The notes beneath the pieces were generated by a model that saw only the letters and a program-made list of their open reading frames with translations, ran no database searches and had not been told where the DNA came from. This document shows, piece by piece, positions 19,287 to 28,860 of a stretch of DNA of 64,000 bases (position 1 is its first letter; each line of letters starts with the position of its first letter). Where the stretch lies: assembly GCA_039679675.1 (NCBI GenBank), contig JBDKUN010000059.1, forward strand, positions 96,001 to 160,000. The letters are read 5' to 3'. A program made the translations under genes and the position numbers. The stretch is from Armatimonadota bacterium (GTDB lineage Bacteria; Armatimonadota; UBA5829; DTLH01).

Positions 19287-19664
19287 CTAGTTTGTTCCTG
19301 GGACCACGACGACCCAGTCTTGCTGAACCTTGTTATTGATTACATGCTCGTCAACGATTGTACGAGCCTTTTCCGGTGTCACGAACCCGTAGGTCACCGG
19401 GGGCTGCCCTTTTTTGAGGACATCGACCGTAGGTTCACGGTCGCAAAGTCCTTTGCAGCCCGATTGCGTCACCGTAATGTCGGTGACACCCTTTTTCTCA
19501 AGCTCGTCGAGGATAGCAGCCATAACTTCCCTCGCACCTGAGGCGATTCCGCACGTGCCCATGGCAACCACGACCTTGCAGTCATGATCGCCTTCGCGCA
19601 CGTTAAGTGCCTGCTGCGCCTGCTCTCGAATCCGCTTGAGATCATCGAGTGTTTTCATCAGCAT
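19287..19664 (-). CDS. hydD: Thioredoxin-like 2Fe-2S ferredoxin (HydD/HndB-like)
   Basis: MGTCGIASGA, SGCKGLCDREP. Confidence 0.85.
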   Translation of the reverse strand: MLMKTLDDLKRIREQAQQALNVREGDHDCKVVVAMGTCGIASGAREVMAAILDELEKKGVTDITVTQSGCKGLCDREPTVDVLKKGQPPVTYGFVTPEKARTIVDEHVINNKVQQDWVVVVPGTN

Positions 19665-19771
19665 CCGCCTTTCCTGTTAGTATTTAGATATTGGGTCAAG
19701 AACACCCTGTTCATATGTATAAGATATGCATTATATATTATACTTACTGCGTCACCCTGAACAACAAACAC

Positions 19772-19834
19772 GTCACTCTGAACTTAATTCAGAGTCCATT
19801 TTCTTCCTGGATGCTGAGTCAAGCTCAGCATGAC
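19772..19834. repeat. Palindromic doublet repeat family A, copy 2
   Basis: GTCACTCTGAACTTAATTCAGAGTCC...GGATGCTGAGTCAAGCTCAGCATGAC. Confidence 0.85.
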
Positions 19835-19863
19835 GTTGTGGACGTCCAACACGATGTTGTAAC

Positions 19864-20412
19864 TTAAGGGATTGCGCCTGTCTGTGCAATCCCTTGATTC
19901 ATATAATCTTTAATCCAACCGAGGACCGGCGCGGCTTCTATCGGGACATCGCCAAGCTCTCGTCGGACTTCGTCAGTGTCCAGATGAAACGATTTTCCGT
20001 CCACGGCCTGCTCATATCGCATTGAAATGCCGGGATTAGCCGCAATAAGCGTGAGCATCGTGCTCGTTATGTCACCGAACGGCATCCGGTCGATGTGAGA
20101 GAGCTTAAATAACGCATCAACCTCCGTCCCTTTGCCTGGTTCGGAGATTATCTTGACACCACCTTCGCACATCTCGGCCGCCGCAGAGAGCATCGGTATC
20201 CCAAGCCCGACTTTTCTGGTCGTCCGGGTGGTGCAAAATGGGCTCCTTATCTTTTCGACCATCTCCGGGGTCATACCTCTGCCGTTATCTTTTATACGGA
20301 TGTTCAAAAGGTCCTGTTTGCCGTCCGCCGTAACAGTTAATTCAATCCTTTTTGCTTCCGCAGCTATCGAATTCTGGACAATATCTAAAATATGTAATGA
20401 TAGTTCGCGCAT
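19864..20412 (-). CDS. HATPase_c (histidine-kinase-like ATPase) of the hydrogenase operon
   Basis: ILDIVQNS, DNGRGM, TTRTTRKVGLGIP, PGKGT. Confidence 0.88.
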   Translation of the reverse strand: MRELSLHILDIVQNSIAAEAKRIELTVTADGKQDLLNIRIKDNGRGMTPEMVEKIRSPFCTTRTTRKVGLGIPMLSAAAEMCEGGVKIISEPGKGTEVDALFKLSHIDRMPFGDITSTMLTLIAANPGISMRYEQAVDGKSFHLDTDEVRRELGDVPIEAAPVLGWIKDYMNQGIAQTGAIP

Positions 20413-20414
20413 TT

Positions 20415-20834
20415 TTATCTAGGATTCAGGGAATCTACTACATTCCGCTCTACTTTCACTACTAAAGTGCCGCTCCATTTGTCATGCCACCAAACATCGT
20501 CCCTATATGTATTGAGTAATCCGGATAATGGTTCAATCGGCACAAATCGGCTCAACGTACGGCCGATAATCTGCCGAATTGTCGGCATGGTATTGTCTAC
20601 ACTGACCACTTTTGTCTTTGTAATGTACTTGGCAGGTGTCCTCTGCGTTATGCTCTCAAACCCAAAATAGTAAATGATATAAAATAGCAGCCAAGTAAAA
20701 TGGTCCATCCTACCAGGGATACAAATATAAATAAAAAGCATTATATTTAAATCAATGAACCAATTTACCAACCGTCTAAGCGGGCTGTCTGGCTGAATGT
20801 TACCTAATATTGGTTCAGAACCGGTTGCCTCCAT
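20415..20834 (-). CDS. RDD family membrane protein
   Basis: RRLVNWFID, RTPAK..TKVV, RTLSRFVP, WHDKWSGT; AT-rich; AGGAG before ATG 20834. Confidence 0.8.
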   Translation of the reverse strand: MEATGSEPILGNIQPDSPLRRLVNWFIDLNIMLFIYICIPGRMDHFTWLLFYIIYYFGFESITQRTPAKYITKTKVVSVDNTMPTIRQIIGRTLSRFVPIEPLSGLLNTYRDDVWWHDKWSGTLVVKVERNVVDSLNPR

Positions 20835-20857
20835 CAATACCAAAACTCCTTTGCTTC

Positions 20858-20910
20858 TGATGGACCGGGGGATCCTGCCTCGGTCCTGTTTCTCCTGGGC
20901 ATCCATGCCC
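20858..20910. repeat. Twin-hairpin repeat family C, copy 1
   Basis: TGATGGACCGGGGGATCCTGCCTCGGTCC..CTCCTGGGCATCCATGCCC; inverted copy at 50884-50936. Confidence 0.8.
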
Positions 20911-20993
20911 TATCTACATCCACTAATATAGCAATTCTGAACCGCGGAGACGCGGAATGAGGAAATCCATTAACCTCCACTAATCCATTTCCT

Positions 20994-21092
20994 TTGCTTC
21001 GGTTCGCTTGCTACCGAAGCTGACACCGTAGGTGTCGAGAAGTGGGTATGGGGTCCGTCGGCCCGCATCGGCAGCAAGCAGTCCGATGCAAC
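20994..21092. repeat. REP-like doublet family B, copy 2 (inverted)
   Basis: Both arms match the reverse complement of 3346-3466; spacer differs. Confidence 0.9.
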
Positions 21093-21147
21093 AATACTCC
21101 ACTAATCTCCATTCGTTTTAGTCCGCTAAATCCGCGCAATTCGCGAT

Positions 21148-21891
21148 TCAAACAACCCCGACGCTTCGCCCGTCTCTGCCTTCGAATGCCAGCATGATCT
21201 CGCTCACGCACCTCCGCTCGATATTAAAGGCAGTTCGAGCGCTCCCCAGATCGGCCAGCATGTGAGCATCGGATGAACTTATCACAGCCCGCCCATTTAA
21301 GTCAGGATATTTTGCCCTGGCGTCGGTCTCGGTAATGTGTTTCGAGATTTCCACTGCTGGAAAGTTCACATCCTCCGGCAAGAACCCCAATACGCCGTAT
21401 AGCCCGTAGGCAATCCTGTCTACATGCGCCGGAATTGCTATTCCTGACCTGTCTTCTACAGCCTGCACAATGTCAACAATCTCAAGAGATGTCGAAGCGA
21501 GCAGCAGCCGCTCGTTATACCTCACAAACTCCGCATTGTGCGTCACTACCATCTGCTCGCCGAGCTTCTTGCCGTCGTTCGGCAGATTCGGCAGTGCAGA
21601 GTAGACCAGTTCCTGCATCGATTCGGCATCATCAGCTCTGTCGAAGAGGCAGACTATGTGCACTCCTTCGACAGATTCGCATTCCAGCCCCGGCAGCACT
21701 TTGAGCGGACTTCCCTCCGCCGCTTTCATCACCGCTCTTACGTTTTCGGCCGAGTTATGATCCGATATGGCTATCATATCGAGTCCAAGCTCGATCGCCT
21801 GCGCTACGATAAGCGGAGGTATCATCTCCACCTCACCGCACGGCGATAAGAGCGTATGCACATGAAGGTCAGCCAGGTACCTTGCAAGCAT
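21148..21891 (-). CDS. PHP domain metallophosphoesterase
   Basis: DLHVHT, ISDHN, AHVDR, SSDAH. Confidence 0.92.
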   Translation of the reverse strand: MLARYLADLHVHTLLSPCGEVEMIPPLIVAQAIELGLDMIAISDHNSAENVRAVMKAAEGSPLKVLPGLECESVEGVHIVCLFDRADDAESMQELVYSALPNLPNDGKKLGEQMVVTHNAEFVRYNERLLLASTSLEIVDIVQAVEDRSGIAIPAHVDRIAYGLYGVLGFLPEDVNFPAVEISKHITETDARAKYPDLNGRAVISSSDAHMLADLGSARTAFNIERRCVSEIMLAFEGRDGRSVGVV

Positions 21892-21931
21892 GATTAGTTA
21901 TTAGGGAATAGGTACCAGAGAACAGCTCCGA

Positions 21932-21961
21932 TGCTTCGGGACCGCTGTTTGTCCCGAAGCA
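21932..21961. repeat. Single family-B-related palindrome within heptamer repeats
   Basis: TGCTTCGGGAC-N8-GTCCCGAAGCA, 11-bp stem. Confidence 0.6.
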
Positions 21962-21986
21962 CGACATCTACAAGCCCCTAAATCCT

Positions 21987-22343
21987 TCAATCCCGTCCCT
22001 TAATACCCATTGCGTAGAGCCTGCCGATTACTTCAAAGGCAGAAAGACCGGTTGTGAAAAGTGGCACATTCTCTTCCTGCGCCTTCTCCAGCGCGTTTTC
22101 ATCCAGCTCAGTACCGCCTGCCATAATGACTGCTGAAAGCCCCAAAAGCGATGCCACTGCTATGACATTCAAATGCTTCTGGTTCGTGACCCAGATATTG
22201 CCCTTTTTGGCCTTCCCCAGCACATCGGACATCAGGTCGGAAGCATATCCGCCTGTAACCTCTATAGAATCGAGGCTTTCGACGCTCAAAGACTTAAAGT
22301 TTAGTTCCTTCTTTATCTGTTGAAGTAGCATTCTGCTCTGCAC
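21987..22343 (-). CDS. DRTGG domain protein
   Basis: GGYASDLMSDVL, IWVTNQKHLNVIAVA. Confidence 0.88.
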   Translation of the reverse strand: MQSRMLLQQIKKELNFKSLSVESLDSIEVTGGYASDLMSDVLGKAKKGNIWVTNQKHLNVIAVASLLGLSAVIMAGGTELDENALEKAQEENVPLFTTGLSAFEVIGRLYAMGIKGRD

Positions 22344-23673
22344 TCTTCCGTCCAGCCCCCATAGACGGAGGGACTGCTGCTGCTGCCTGCAGAAGCTCTT
22401 CCGCCAGGAGCTGGACCCTTTCTCTTAGCTTGAATACGCAGTCCATATCGGATGCCAGTCCTCTGACCACATCCTCCGCAAGCGCCCTGCAATTCGGCGC
22501 TCCGCACGATCCGCAGTCCAGTCCCGGCAGATCTTCTACGATCTTCTCCAGTTCAGCAAGTTTTTTGATTGCAACTGACATATCGTCATCCAGCTTAAGT
22601 GTGGGCCTGGGATATATCGGCCAATTGAAGCAATAAAGCCGGTCATTTGCCAAATCCGCGCGCATCTGAGTTATCTGCTCGGAGTCCATCTCTTGCCGGT
22701 CAGTCTCTGATGCAAGCATTCTCTGCCTCCGTCTCGTGATAAACGGATTCTCGACCGTCAGCACCCCGCCGACACAGCCACCGACGCAGGCCTGAGCTTC
22801 GATGTAGCTTATCCCTACCAGCTTGCCGCGCTCTATGTCTTCTAATATGTCGCTCACATTGTGTATTCCGTCGACTGCAAGGTGTTTATCAGCCCCTATG
22901 GAAAGGTTCTCACCCCCTGCCCTGCCCCAGCCTATTCCAGGGCCGGACCCCTGTCTCATCGGTTTTCTGTCAGGAATATCCATACGCGAGATAATCTCAT
23001 GCAAGCGTGGATAGATCACACTTATAGGTATTGCGCCGTCTACGCTCCCCTTTTCAAGTGCTGTAGGCTCCTTGACTGCGCTGACCTTTCCTGGACAGGG
23101 AGACAGGAAAAACGCACCTATTTCGTCCTCTCTTAACCCGGTCTTCCGAGCTGCTTCCTGTTTTACCAGCCTTCCGGCGATCTCCATCGGGGTCTCTACC
23201 TGCGCTATATGGTCCAGCAGGTTCGGGAACCTTACCTGGATGAGCCGTACGACGGCCGGACATGCGGATGAAATTAGTGGACGTATTTTGGAGTTTTGGA
23301 TTATTTTACGGGTTTTTGCCGCAACGAGGTCTGCGGCGTATGCGACATCGAAGACATCGTCAAATCCGAGCATGAAAAGCGCGGAGATAGCTTTTTCAGG
23401 GCTGGTACCTTCACGGAACTGGCTGTAAATTGCAGGGGCGGGCAAAGCTATGACGTAACGATAGTCGCGTATCGCATCAAGGTTATCCGCAAGGACTCCC
23501 TTCGCCTTATTCGGGCAGATACGAACGCATTCGCCGCAGTCTATGCACCTTATCTCCAGGATGTCGGCTTTACCATCCCGGACTCTGATGGCCTCTGTCG
23601 GACACCGTTTGATGCAGTTAACACAGCCTTTGCACTTATCCTCAATCAGATGGACCGAGTGAAAGAAGCCCAT
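22294..23673 (-). CDS. Atypical (putatively sensory) [FeFe]-hydrogenase-like Fe-S protein
   Basis: N-terminal 2x4Fe-4S; divergent motifs SSACPAVV, SPCPGKVS, EAQACVGGCVGG; C-terminal LPGLDCGSCGAPNC Fe-S domain. Confidence 0.85.
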   Translation of the reverse strand: MGFFHSVHLIEDKCKGCVNCIKRCPTEAIRVRDGKADILEIRCIDCGECVRICPNKAKGVLADNLDAIRDYRYVIALPAPAIYSQFREGTSPEKAISALFMLGFDDVFDVAYAADLVAAKTRKIIQNSKIRPLISSACPAVVRLIQVRFPNLLDHIAQVETPMEIAGRLVKQEAARKTGLREDEIGAFFLSPCPGKVSAVKEPTALEKGSVDGAIPISVIYPRLHEIISRMDIPDRKPMRQGSGPGIGWGRAGGENLSIGADKHLAVDGIHNVSDILEDIERGKLVGISYIEAQACVGGCVGGVLTVENPFITRRRQRMLASETDRQEMDSEQITQMRADLANDRLYCFNWPIYPRPTLKLDDDMSVAIKKLAELEKIVEDLPGLDCGSCGAPNCRALAEDVVRGLASDMDCVFKLRERVQLLAEELLQAAAAVPPSMGAGRKSAEQNATSTDKEGTKL

Positions 23674-23679
23674 ATCACG

Positions 23680-24126
23680 TCACCGGTTGAAGAAGATCAT
23701 TCTTACCGTGGTACCCGCGCCTGATTTGGATTTTATCTCCATCTCATCAGCGCAAGCCTGCATGTTCGGCAGGCCCATTCCAGCACCAAAACCCATCTCT
23801 CGGACTTCATCGCTCGCTGTCGAGAATCCGGGCTGCATAGCGAGTTCTATGTCCGCTATTCCAGGCCCGTGGTCCTCTACAACGATTACCACGAAGTCAG
23901 GCCCGACATCCAGAATCATCTGGCCACCGTTGTCAGTGTGGATAACTAAATTCATCTCGGCTTCATAGCTCGAGACAGCAATTCTCCGAATGGTATCCGG
24001 ATCGGCTCCAATTTGCTGGAGGATACGCTTTATTTTGCTTGATGCGGCTCCAGCGCTTGCGAAATCGCGGCTTGCCACCACGAATGTTTCGCACAGCCTG
24101 CTTTCGGCGGGATTTGTCACTGTCAC
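23680..24126 (-). CDS. Anti-sigma regulatory factor / RsbT-like serine kinase
   Basis: YEAEMNLVIH, DHGPGIADIELAMQPGFST, GFGAGMGLPN; GTG after AGGGAGG. Confidence 0.88.
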   Translation of the reverse strand: MTVTNPAESRLCETFVVASRDFASAGAASSKIKRILQQIGADPDTIRRIAVSSYEAEMNLVIHTDNGGQMILDVGPDFVVIVVEDHGPGIADIELAMQPGFSTASDEVREMGFGAGMGLPNMQACADEMEIKSKSGAGTTVRMIFFNR

Positions 24127-24258
24127 TACCGGATCCTCCCTACGCAGGATAGTATGGATTTTCGGCCATAGCACGACCAATAAATCTTCCGGAGAGTCTC
24201 AGTTGCCTGAAACCCATAAGAACGGTATTTCAACCGCCCTTTTCAGTTCGTCCCTTGA

Positions 24259-24651
24259 TCAATCTCGGCTACCGTTGCAGCCCATCAGACCATTAGTGTA
24301 GAGCATACCGCAACTTTCGTAAAGTGGGTGCGGTGACATAAGTATCGGCAGGCCTTTAGACCGGGCAAGCTCTACCGTTGTTTCATCCGGTTGCTTGTCA
24401 CGAACGATAACAACTGCGGCAAGGTCCAGCATCTCAGCAGTTCTCACAACCTGCTGGTTTGTAAGCCCTGTCAGGAGCACAGAGCCAGGGTGCGTAAACG
24501 CAAGCACATCGCTCATAAGATCGCAGCCGCAGGCTGTTCTGATCTCCTGATCGAGTTTATCTTCTCCGCAGATTACTTTTGCATCGAGTATTCTGCAGAT
24601 ATCAGCCAGCGTAAATATCTTCGAAACCTGCCGGTCCGCGCTGTCGCTCAT
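24259..24651 (-). CDS. DRTGG domain protein
   Basis: ACGCDLMSDVLAF, LLTGLTNQQVVRTAEM. Confidence 0.88.
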   Translation of the reverse strand: MSDSADRQVSKIFTLADICRILDAKVICGEDKLDQEIRTACGCDLMSDVLAFTHPGSVLLTGLTNQQVVRTAEMLDLAAVVIVRDKQPDETTVELARSKGLPILMSPHPLYESCGMLYTNGLMGCNGSRD

Positions 24652-24666
24652 ATTCTCGCCCTCAGC

Positions 24667-24684
24667 TTGTGATGTTTTTCACAA
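24667..24684. promoter_or_regulatory. Rex-type operator
   Basis: TTGTGA-TGTTTT-TCACAA matches the Rex consensus; lies between promoter and first gene of the hydrogenase operon. Confidence 0.8.
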
Positions 24685-24735
24685 GCGCTTATCCGAAAAA
24701 AGCGCCCGAAGACGCTAATACTTATTACCAATCAC

Positions 24736-24764
24736 AGTATATGTGGTTTCAGCCAGCCTGTCAA
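24736..24764 (-). promoter_or_regulatory. Sigma70 promoter of the hydrogenase operon
   Basis: TTGACA-N17-TATACT on the minus strand. Confidence 0.8.
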
Positions 24765-24835
24765 CGCTCGTTTTCGAAATATTTTTATTTCTTTGCTCAT
24801 TGACTAGGCAATTCGACAGGTGTTACAATCTGCGC

Positions 24836-25927
24836 GTGAAGATAAGAGAGATAGACGCAGCTGAAAATGCTCGGTTTAATGATTTTATAGCCGGATTTCC
24901 AACCGGCGACGCTATGCAGTCCTTTGAATGGGGAGAAGTAAAGTCAAAAAGCGGTGGATGGTCACCGGTACGGATAGTAGGTGAAAACGATTCCGGTGAT
25001 GTAGTCGCATCCGCGCTTATGCTCTTCCGCCGTATTCCAAAGACCGGCAGAACGATTGCGTACATCCCCCGCGGCCCGGTGATAGACACGACAGATGAAG
25101 TTTTGGTCAAAGAATTCGCAGCTGGACTGAGCGAAGCCGCGCAAAGACGCGGTGCGATACTGATCAAGATAGATCCACCTGTACCGGTAGAAGATTCCGT
25201 AAGTGCAAAGAATATAGAGCTCGCCGGTTTCAAACTACTGGAAGATTCCACCGGTTTCGGCGGCACGCAGCCAAAATGTGTTATGCAACTCAATCTCGAA
25301 CCCAGCTTGGATGAGGTTTTCGCAAACTTCAAGCCTAAGTGGCGGTACAACATCCGTCTGGCCGAGAAAAAGGGCGTTATCATTAAAACAGACTGCACCA
25401 AGGAAGACCTGCCTGCATTTTATGATTTGCTGAAGGTAACAGCAAAACGCGACAGGTTCTTAGTTCGCGGTTACAGCTACTACGAAACTATGTACGATAT
25501 GCTGGTGCCCGCAGGGCATGCAAAGCTCTTTCTTTCAATGTATGAAGGAAAACCGCTGGGCGGCGCGCTGGCGTTTGTTATAGGTGACCGCGCTTGGTAC
25601 GTCTACGGAGCGTCCGGCAACGAACACAGGAACCTCATGCCGAACCATTTGATGCAGTGGGAGATGATCAAATGGGCAAAGTCCCTCAATTGCAGGATTT
25701 ATGATTTCAGAGGTGTCTCGCCGCGCAGAGGCGCTTCCGAAGATGACGACCACCTGCAGGGCCTGAACAGGTTCAAAGAGGGGTTCTCCGCTTATTACGT
25801 TGAGTATCTGGGCGAATACGACATGGTGCTGTCTTCCGCTTGGTACTGGCTCTGGGTGAAAGTGAAGCCGACTTTAATGAGCATCATCAAAAGACGCGCC
25901 AGAGCAGCAGAAAACAGTGAGCCCTAG
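24836..25927 (+). CDS. FemABX family peptidoglycan bridge aminoacyltransferase
   Basis: QSFEWGEVK, YIPRGPV, RYNIRLAEKKG, YVYGAS, YDFRG, RFKEGF; GTG 6 nt after TTGACT-N18-TACAAT (probably leaderless). Confidence 0.9.
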   Translation: MKIREIDAAENARFNDFIAGFPTGDAMQSFEWGEVKSKSGGWSPVRIVGENDSGDVVASALMLFRRIPKTGRTIAYIPRGPVIDTTDEVLVKEFAAGLSEAAQRRGAILIKIDPPVPVEDSVSAKNIELAGFKLLEDSTGFGGTQPKCVMQLNLEPSLDEVFANFKPKWRYNIRLAEKKGVIIKTDCTKEDLPAFYDLLKVTAKRDRFLVRGYSYYETMYDMLVPAGHAKLFLSMYEGKPLGGALAFVIGDRAWYVYGASGNEHRNLMPNHLMQWEMIKWAKSLNCRIYDFRGVSPRRGASEDDDHLQGLNRFKEGFSAYYVEYLGEYDMVLSSAWYWLWVKVKPTLMSIIKRRARAAENSEP

Positions 25928-25960
25928 AGGAAATTGGATTCTACCCATAACCCTGTCTAT

Positions 25961-26344
25961 CTAGGCAAACGGGCGCACAGGGTCGAACCCTTCCGGTGGT
26001 GTGTACACCCGGCCTTCTTCATCGGCGTGACGCATGAGGCTGTCATGGCGGTTCTCTAAAAACTCTCGTGTCCACTGTTTTACAGAAGGATCAGGGTTCG
26101 CCTTGTCTATGCCTAATTGCTCCAGCACTTCATCATCCGTGCTGGTCTGCTCTATAATTTCTGCAAATTCAACTCCGGTCATATTGAACTCGGACAATAG
26201 TTCTTTATCTATAGGACAGGGATATATATAATCTCCCAGCGTGCCTTCATTATATGCTCTTGCTTTATCTATCATCCTGGCAAGCCATGGGTAGCCGCCC
26301 AGCAACTGCTCACCAGGTCTCGGATAACTATTAGTAAGATCCAT
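25961..26344 (-). CDS. DUF5069-like small protein
   Basis: YPR..LGGYPWLARMIDKARA..GDYIYPCPID. Confidence 0.75.
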   Translation of the reverse strand: MDLTNSYPRPGEQLLGGYPWLARMIDKARAYNEGTLGDYIYPCPIDKELLSEFNMTGVEFAEIIEQTSTDDEVLEQLGIDKANPDPSVKQWTREFLENRHDSLMRHADEEGRVYTPPEGFDPVRPFA

Positions 26345-26610
26345 TTGCTGCTCCCATAGCATCCGCCGGTTCGGATGTGCTATTATAATAGGGTTAGGTT
26401 GATTGTCGCCCGGAACATGGCCCTAATAGGTTTACCCATCCGCAGAGTTTAGCACTCTAAAGACAATATAAAAATGGATAATTGCGGGTAGATACCGGAC
26501 GGACATAAAGAAATTATGTAAACCAAAGCGCCGCTGTGCCCGTTCTTTATAAATGGCGCTGCGAAGCTCAGTTAAACAGACAGACGCAGCGGAAGGAAAG
26601 GCATGGGTAG

Positions 26611-27639
26611 ATGAAAGCCATTGTAAAATCGAATCCCGGCCCTGGTTTGGATGTTCTCCAGGTCAAGGAGCCGAGAATCGGCAGCAGAGATGTCCTGATC
26701 AAGGTCAGAGCTGCCGGAATCTGCGGAACCGATCTTCATATTTATTCCTGGGACGAATGGTCAGCAGGAAGAGTCAAACCCCCTGTAATCCTCGGACATG
26801 AATTCTGCGGCGATATAGTAGAGATCGGCTCAGATGTTACCAAAGTCTCCGTCGGTGATTATGTAAGCGCCGAATGCCATATGACCTGCGAAAACTGTTA
26901 CCAGTGCAAGACCAATCAGCGTCATATCTGCGCCAATGTCCAGCTTTGCGGCGTTGATCGCAATGGTGCATTCGCCGAGTATGTTTCCATCCCGGAACAG
27001 TATATCTGGAAGCTCGACAAGAGTATCCCCACCGAACTTGCTGCAATCTTTGACCCCATCGGAAACGCTGTACACACCGTTTTTGCGGGAGACGTTGCAG
27101 GAATGAACATGGCTGTAGTTGGATGCGGACCTATCGGGCTTGCTTCCATACAGATTGCCCGCGCAGCCGGTGCAACAAAGATCGTCGGGTTCGATGTTTC
27201 CGAAGTCAGAATGAAGATGGCGGAACAGATGGGCGCGGACCGTATAGTCGACTCCGCAAAAGAAGATACACTCGCCGTGGCGAAAGACCTTACAGAAGGT
27301 ATCGGCTTCGATGTAGTCCTTGAGATGTCAGGAAACGCCAAGGGAATCGATAACGCGATCAAAATGACCCGTTCAGGCGGACAGGTCACAGTTCTCGGCC
27401 TGCCTAAATCGCCGGTAACAATAGACCTCGCAAACGACGTAGTCATGAGAGGCATCACGATGAAGGGTATCCACGGTCGAAGGATGTATGAGACATGGTA
27501 CCAAGTGATGAGGCTTATCCAGTCCGGCAGAGTGGACCTGATGCCTGTCGTTACGCACAAGATGAAGTTCGAGGAAGTGGACAAAGCGATGGAGATCATG
27601 GCATCCGGTCGCTGCGGAAAAGTCATCCTGTATCCTTAG
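26611..27639 (+). CDS. tdh: L-threonine 3-dehydrogenase
   Basis: [35 protein letters not shown]; adjacent kbl. Confidence 0.95.
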   Translation: MKAIVKSNPGPGLDVLQVKEPRIGSRDVLIKVRAAGICGTDLHIYSWDEWSAGRVKPPVILGHEFCGDIVEIGSDVTKVSVGDYVSAECHMTCENCYQCKTNQRHICANVQLCGVDRNGAFAEYVSIPEQYIWKLDKSIPTELAAIFDPIGNAVHTVFAGDVAGMNMAVVGCGPIGLASIQIARAAGATKIVGFDVSEVRMKMAEQMGADRIVDSAKEDTLAVAKDLTEGIGFDVVLEMSGNAKGIDNAIKMTRSGGQVTVLGLPKSPVTIDLANDVVMRGITMKGIHGRRMYETWYQVMRLIQSGRVDLMPVVTHKMKFEEVDKAMEIMASGRCGKVILYP

Positions 27640-27649
27640 AGGTAAAAAC

Positions 27650-28831
27650 ATGACAGCAAAAGCTATGGAATTCATTGATGGGATTCTCGACTCACTGAAA
27701 GAAAAGGGAACCTATCGTGAACTGAGAGTGCTCGAAGGCGAGCAGCTTCCTACAAGTAAGTTCGATGGTAAGACTGTTATAAATCTCTCGTCGAACAACT
27801 ACCTGGGGCTGACTACTCATCCCAAAATGCGCGAAGCTGCAATTAAGGCGATAAAAGAGTTCGGAGTCGGTTCTGCATCTGTCAGAACAATAGCTGGTAC
27901 AATGGAGATTCACCAGGAACTGGAGCGAAAACTGGCTGAATTCAAGCATACTGAAGCATCGCTTGTTTTTCAGTCCGGTTTTGCCGCGAACCAGGGTGTT
28001 ATCGGCTCAGTTCTCGAAGAAGGCGACCTCGTAATAAGTGACGAGTTGAACCATGCGAGCATCATTGACGGTATCAGGCTGACGAAAGCCGCTCGAAAAG
28101 TCTACAAGCACAGCGATATGGACAGTTTGAAGGATGTGCTCGAAAATTCGAAGGACATCAAAAAGAAACTGATCGTAACCGACGGCGTTTTCAGCATGGA
28201 CGGCGACATCGCACTCCTTCCGCAGATTGTAGAGCTTTCGGAGGAGTATGAAGCGATCGTTATGGTGGATGATGCTCATTCCAGCGGCGTTCTGGGCCGT
28301 AACGGACGTGGCAGCATCGACCACTTCGACTTGAATGGCAGAGTAGATATCCAGGTAGGAACACTTTCAAAGGCAATAGGCGCGATGGGTGGCTATGTAG
28401 CGGGAAGCCAGAAGCTGCGTGATCTTATGATCCATAGAGGAAGAGCGCTTCTCTTCAGTACATCCCATCCGCCATCAGTCGTTGCGTCGTGCATTGCTGC
28501 TATTGATGTGCTTCTGAATGAGCCTGAGAGGATCGAGAAGCTCTGGGACAACGCCCGATACTTCAAAACAGGTCTCAACAATCTTGGGTTCGACACGGGA
28601 CACAGCCAGACACCGATTACACCTGTAATCGTCGGCAAAGGCGCACTCGCGATGAAACTCTCGGACAGACTGTTTGATGAAGGTGTATTCGCTCAGGGAA
28701 TCGGCTATCCGACCGTGCCTGATGCGAAGTCCAGAGTCCGCACAATTGTGACTGCGACGCACACCAAAGAAGAGCTCGATAAAGCGCTAGAAGCCTTTGA
28801 AAAAGTCGGTAAGGAACTGGCGATTATCTAG
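27650..28831 (+). CDS. kbl: Glycine C-acetyltransferase (2-amino-3-ketobutyrate CoA ligase)
   Basis: [34 protein letters not shown]. Confidence 0.92.
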   Translation: MTAKAMEFIDGILDSLKEKGTYRELRVLEGEQLPTSKFDGKTVINLSSNNYLGLTTHPKMREAAIKAIKEFGVGSASVRTIAGTMEIHQELERKLAEFKHTEASLVFQSGFAANQGVIGSVLEEGDLVISDELNHASIIDGIRLTKAARKVYKHSDMDSLKDVLENSKDIKKKLIVTDGVFSMDGDIALLPQIVELSEEYEAIVMVDDAHSSGVLGRNGRGSIDHFDLNGRVDIQVGTLSKAIGAMGGYVAGSQKLRDLMIHRGRALLFSTSHPPSVVASCIAAIDVLLNEPERIEKLWDNARYFKTGLNNLGFDTGHSQTPITPVIVGKGALAMKLSDRLFDEGVFAQGIGYPTVPDAKSRVRTIVTATHTKEELDKALEAFEKVGKELAII

Positions 28832-28860
28832 AAGTAGTGGTTATTTAGACAAGACATACC

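Noticed and set aside
26449..26457. TTAGCACTC (CIRCE half-site)
   Set aside because: Second arm GAGTGCTAA is absent and no chaperone gene is adjacent
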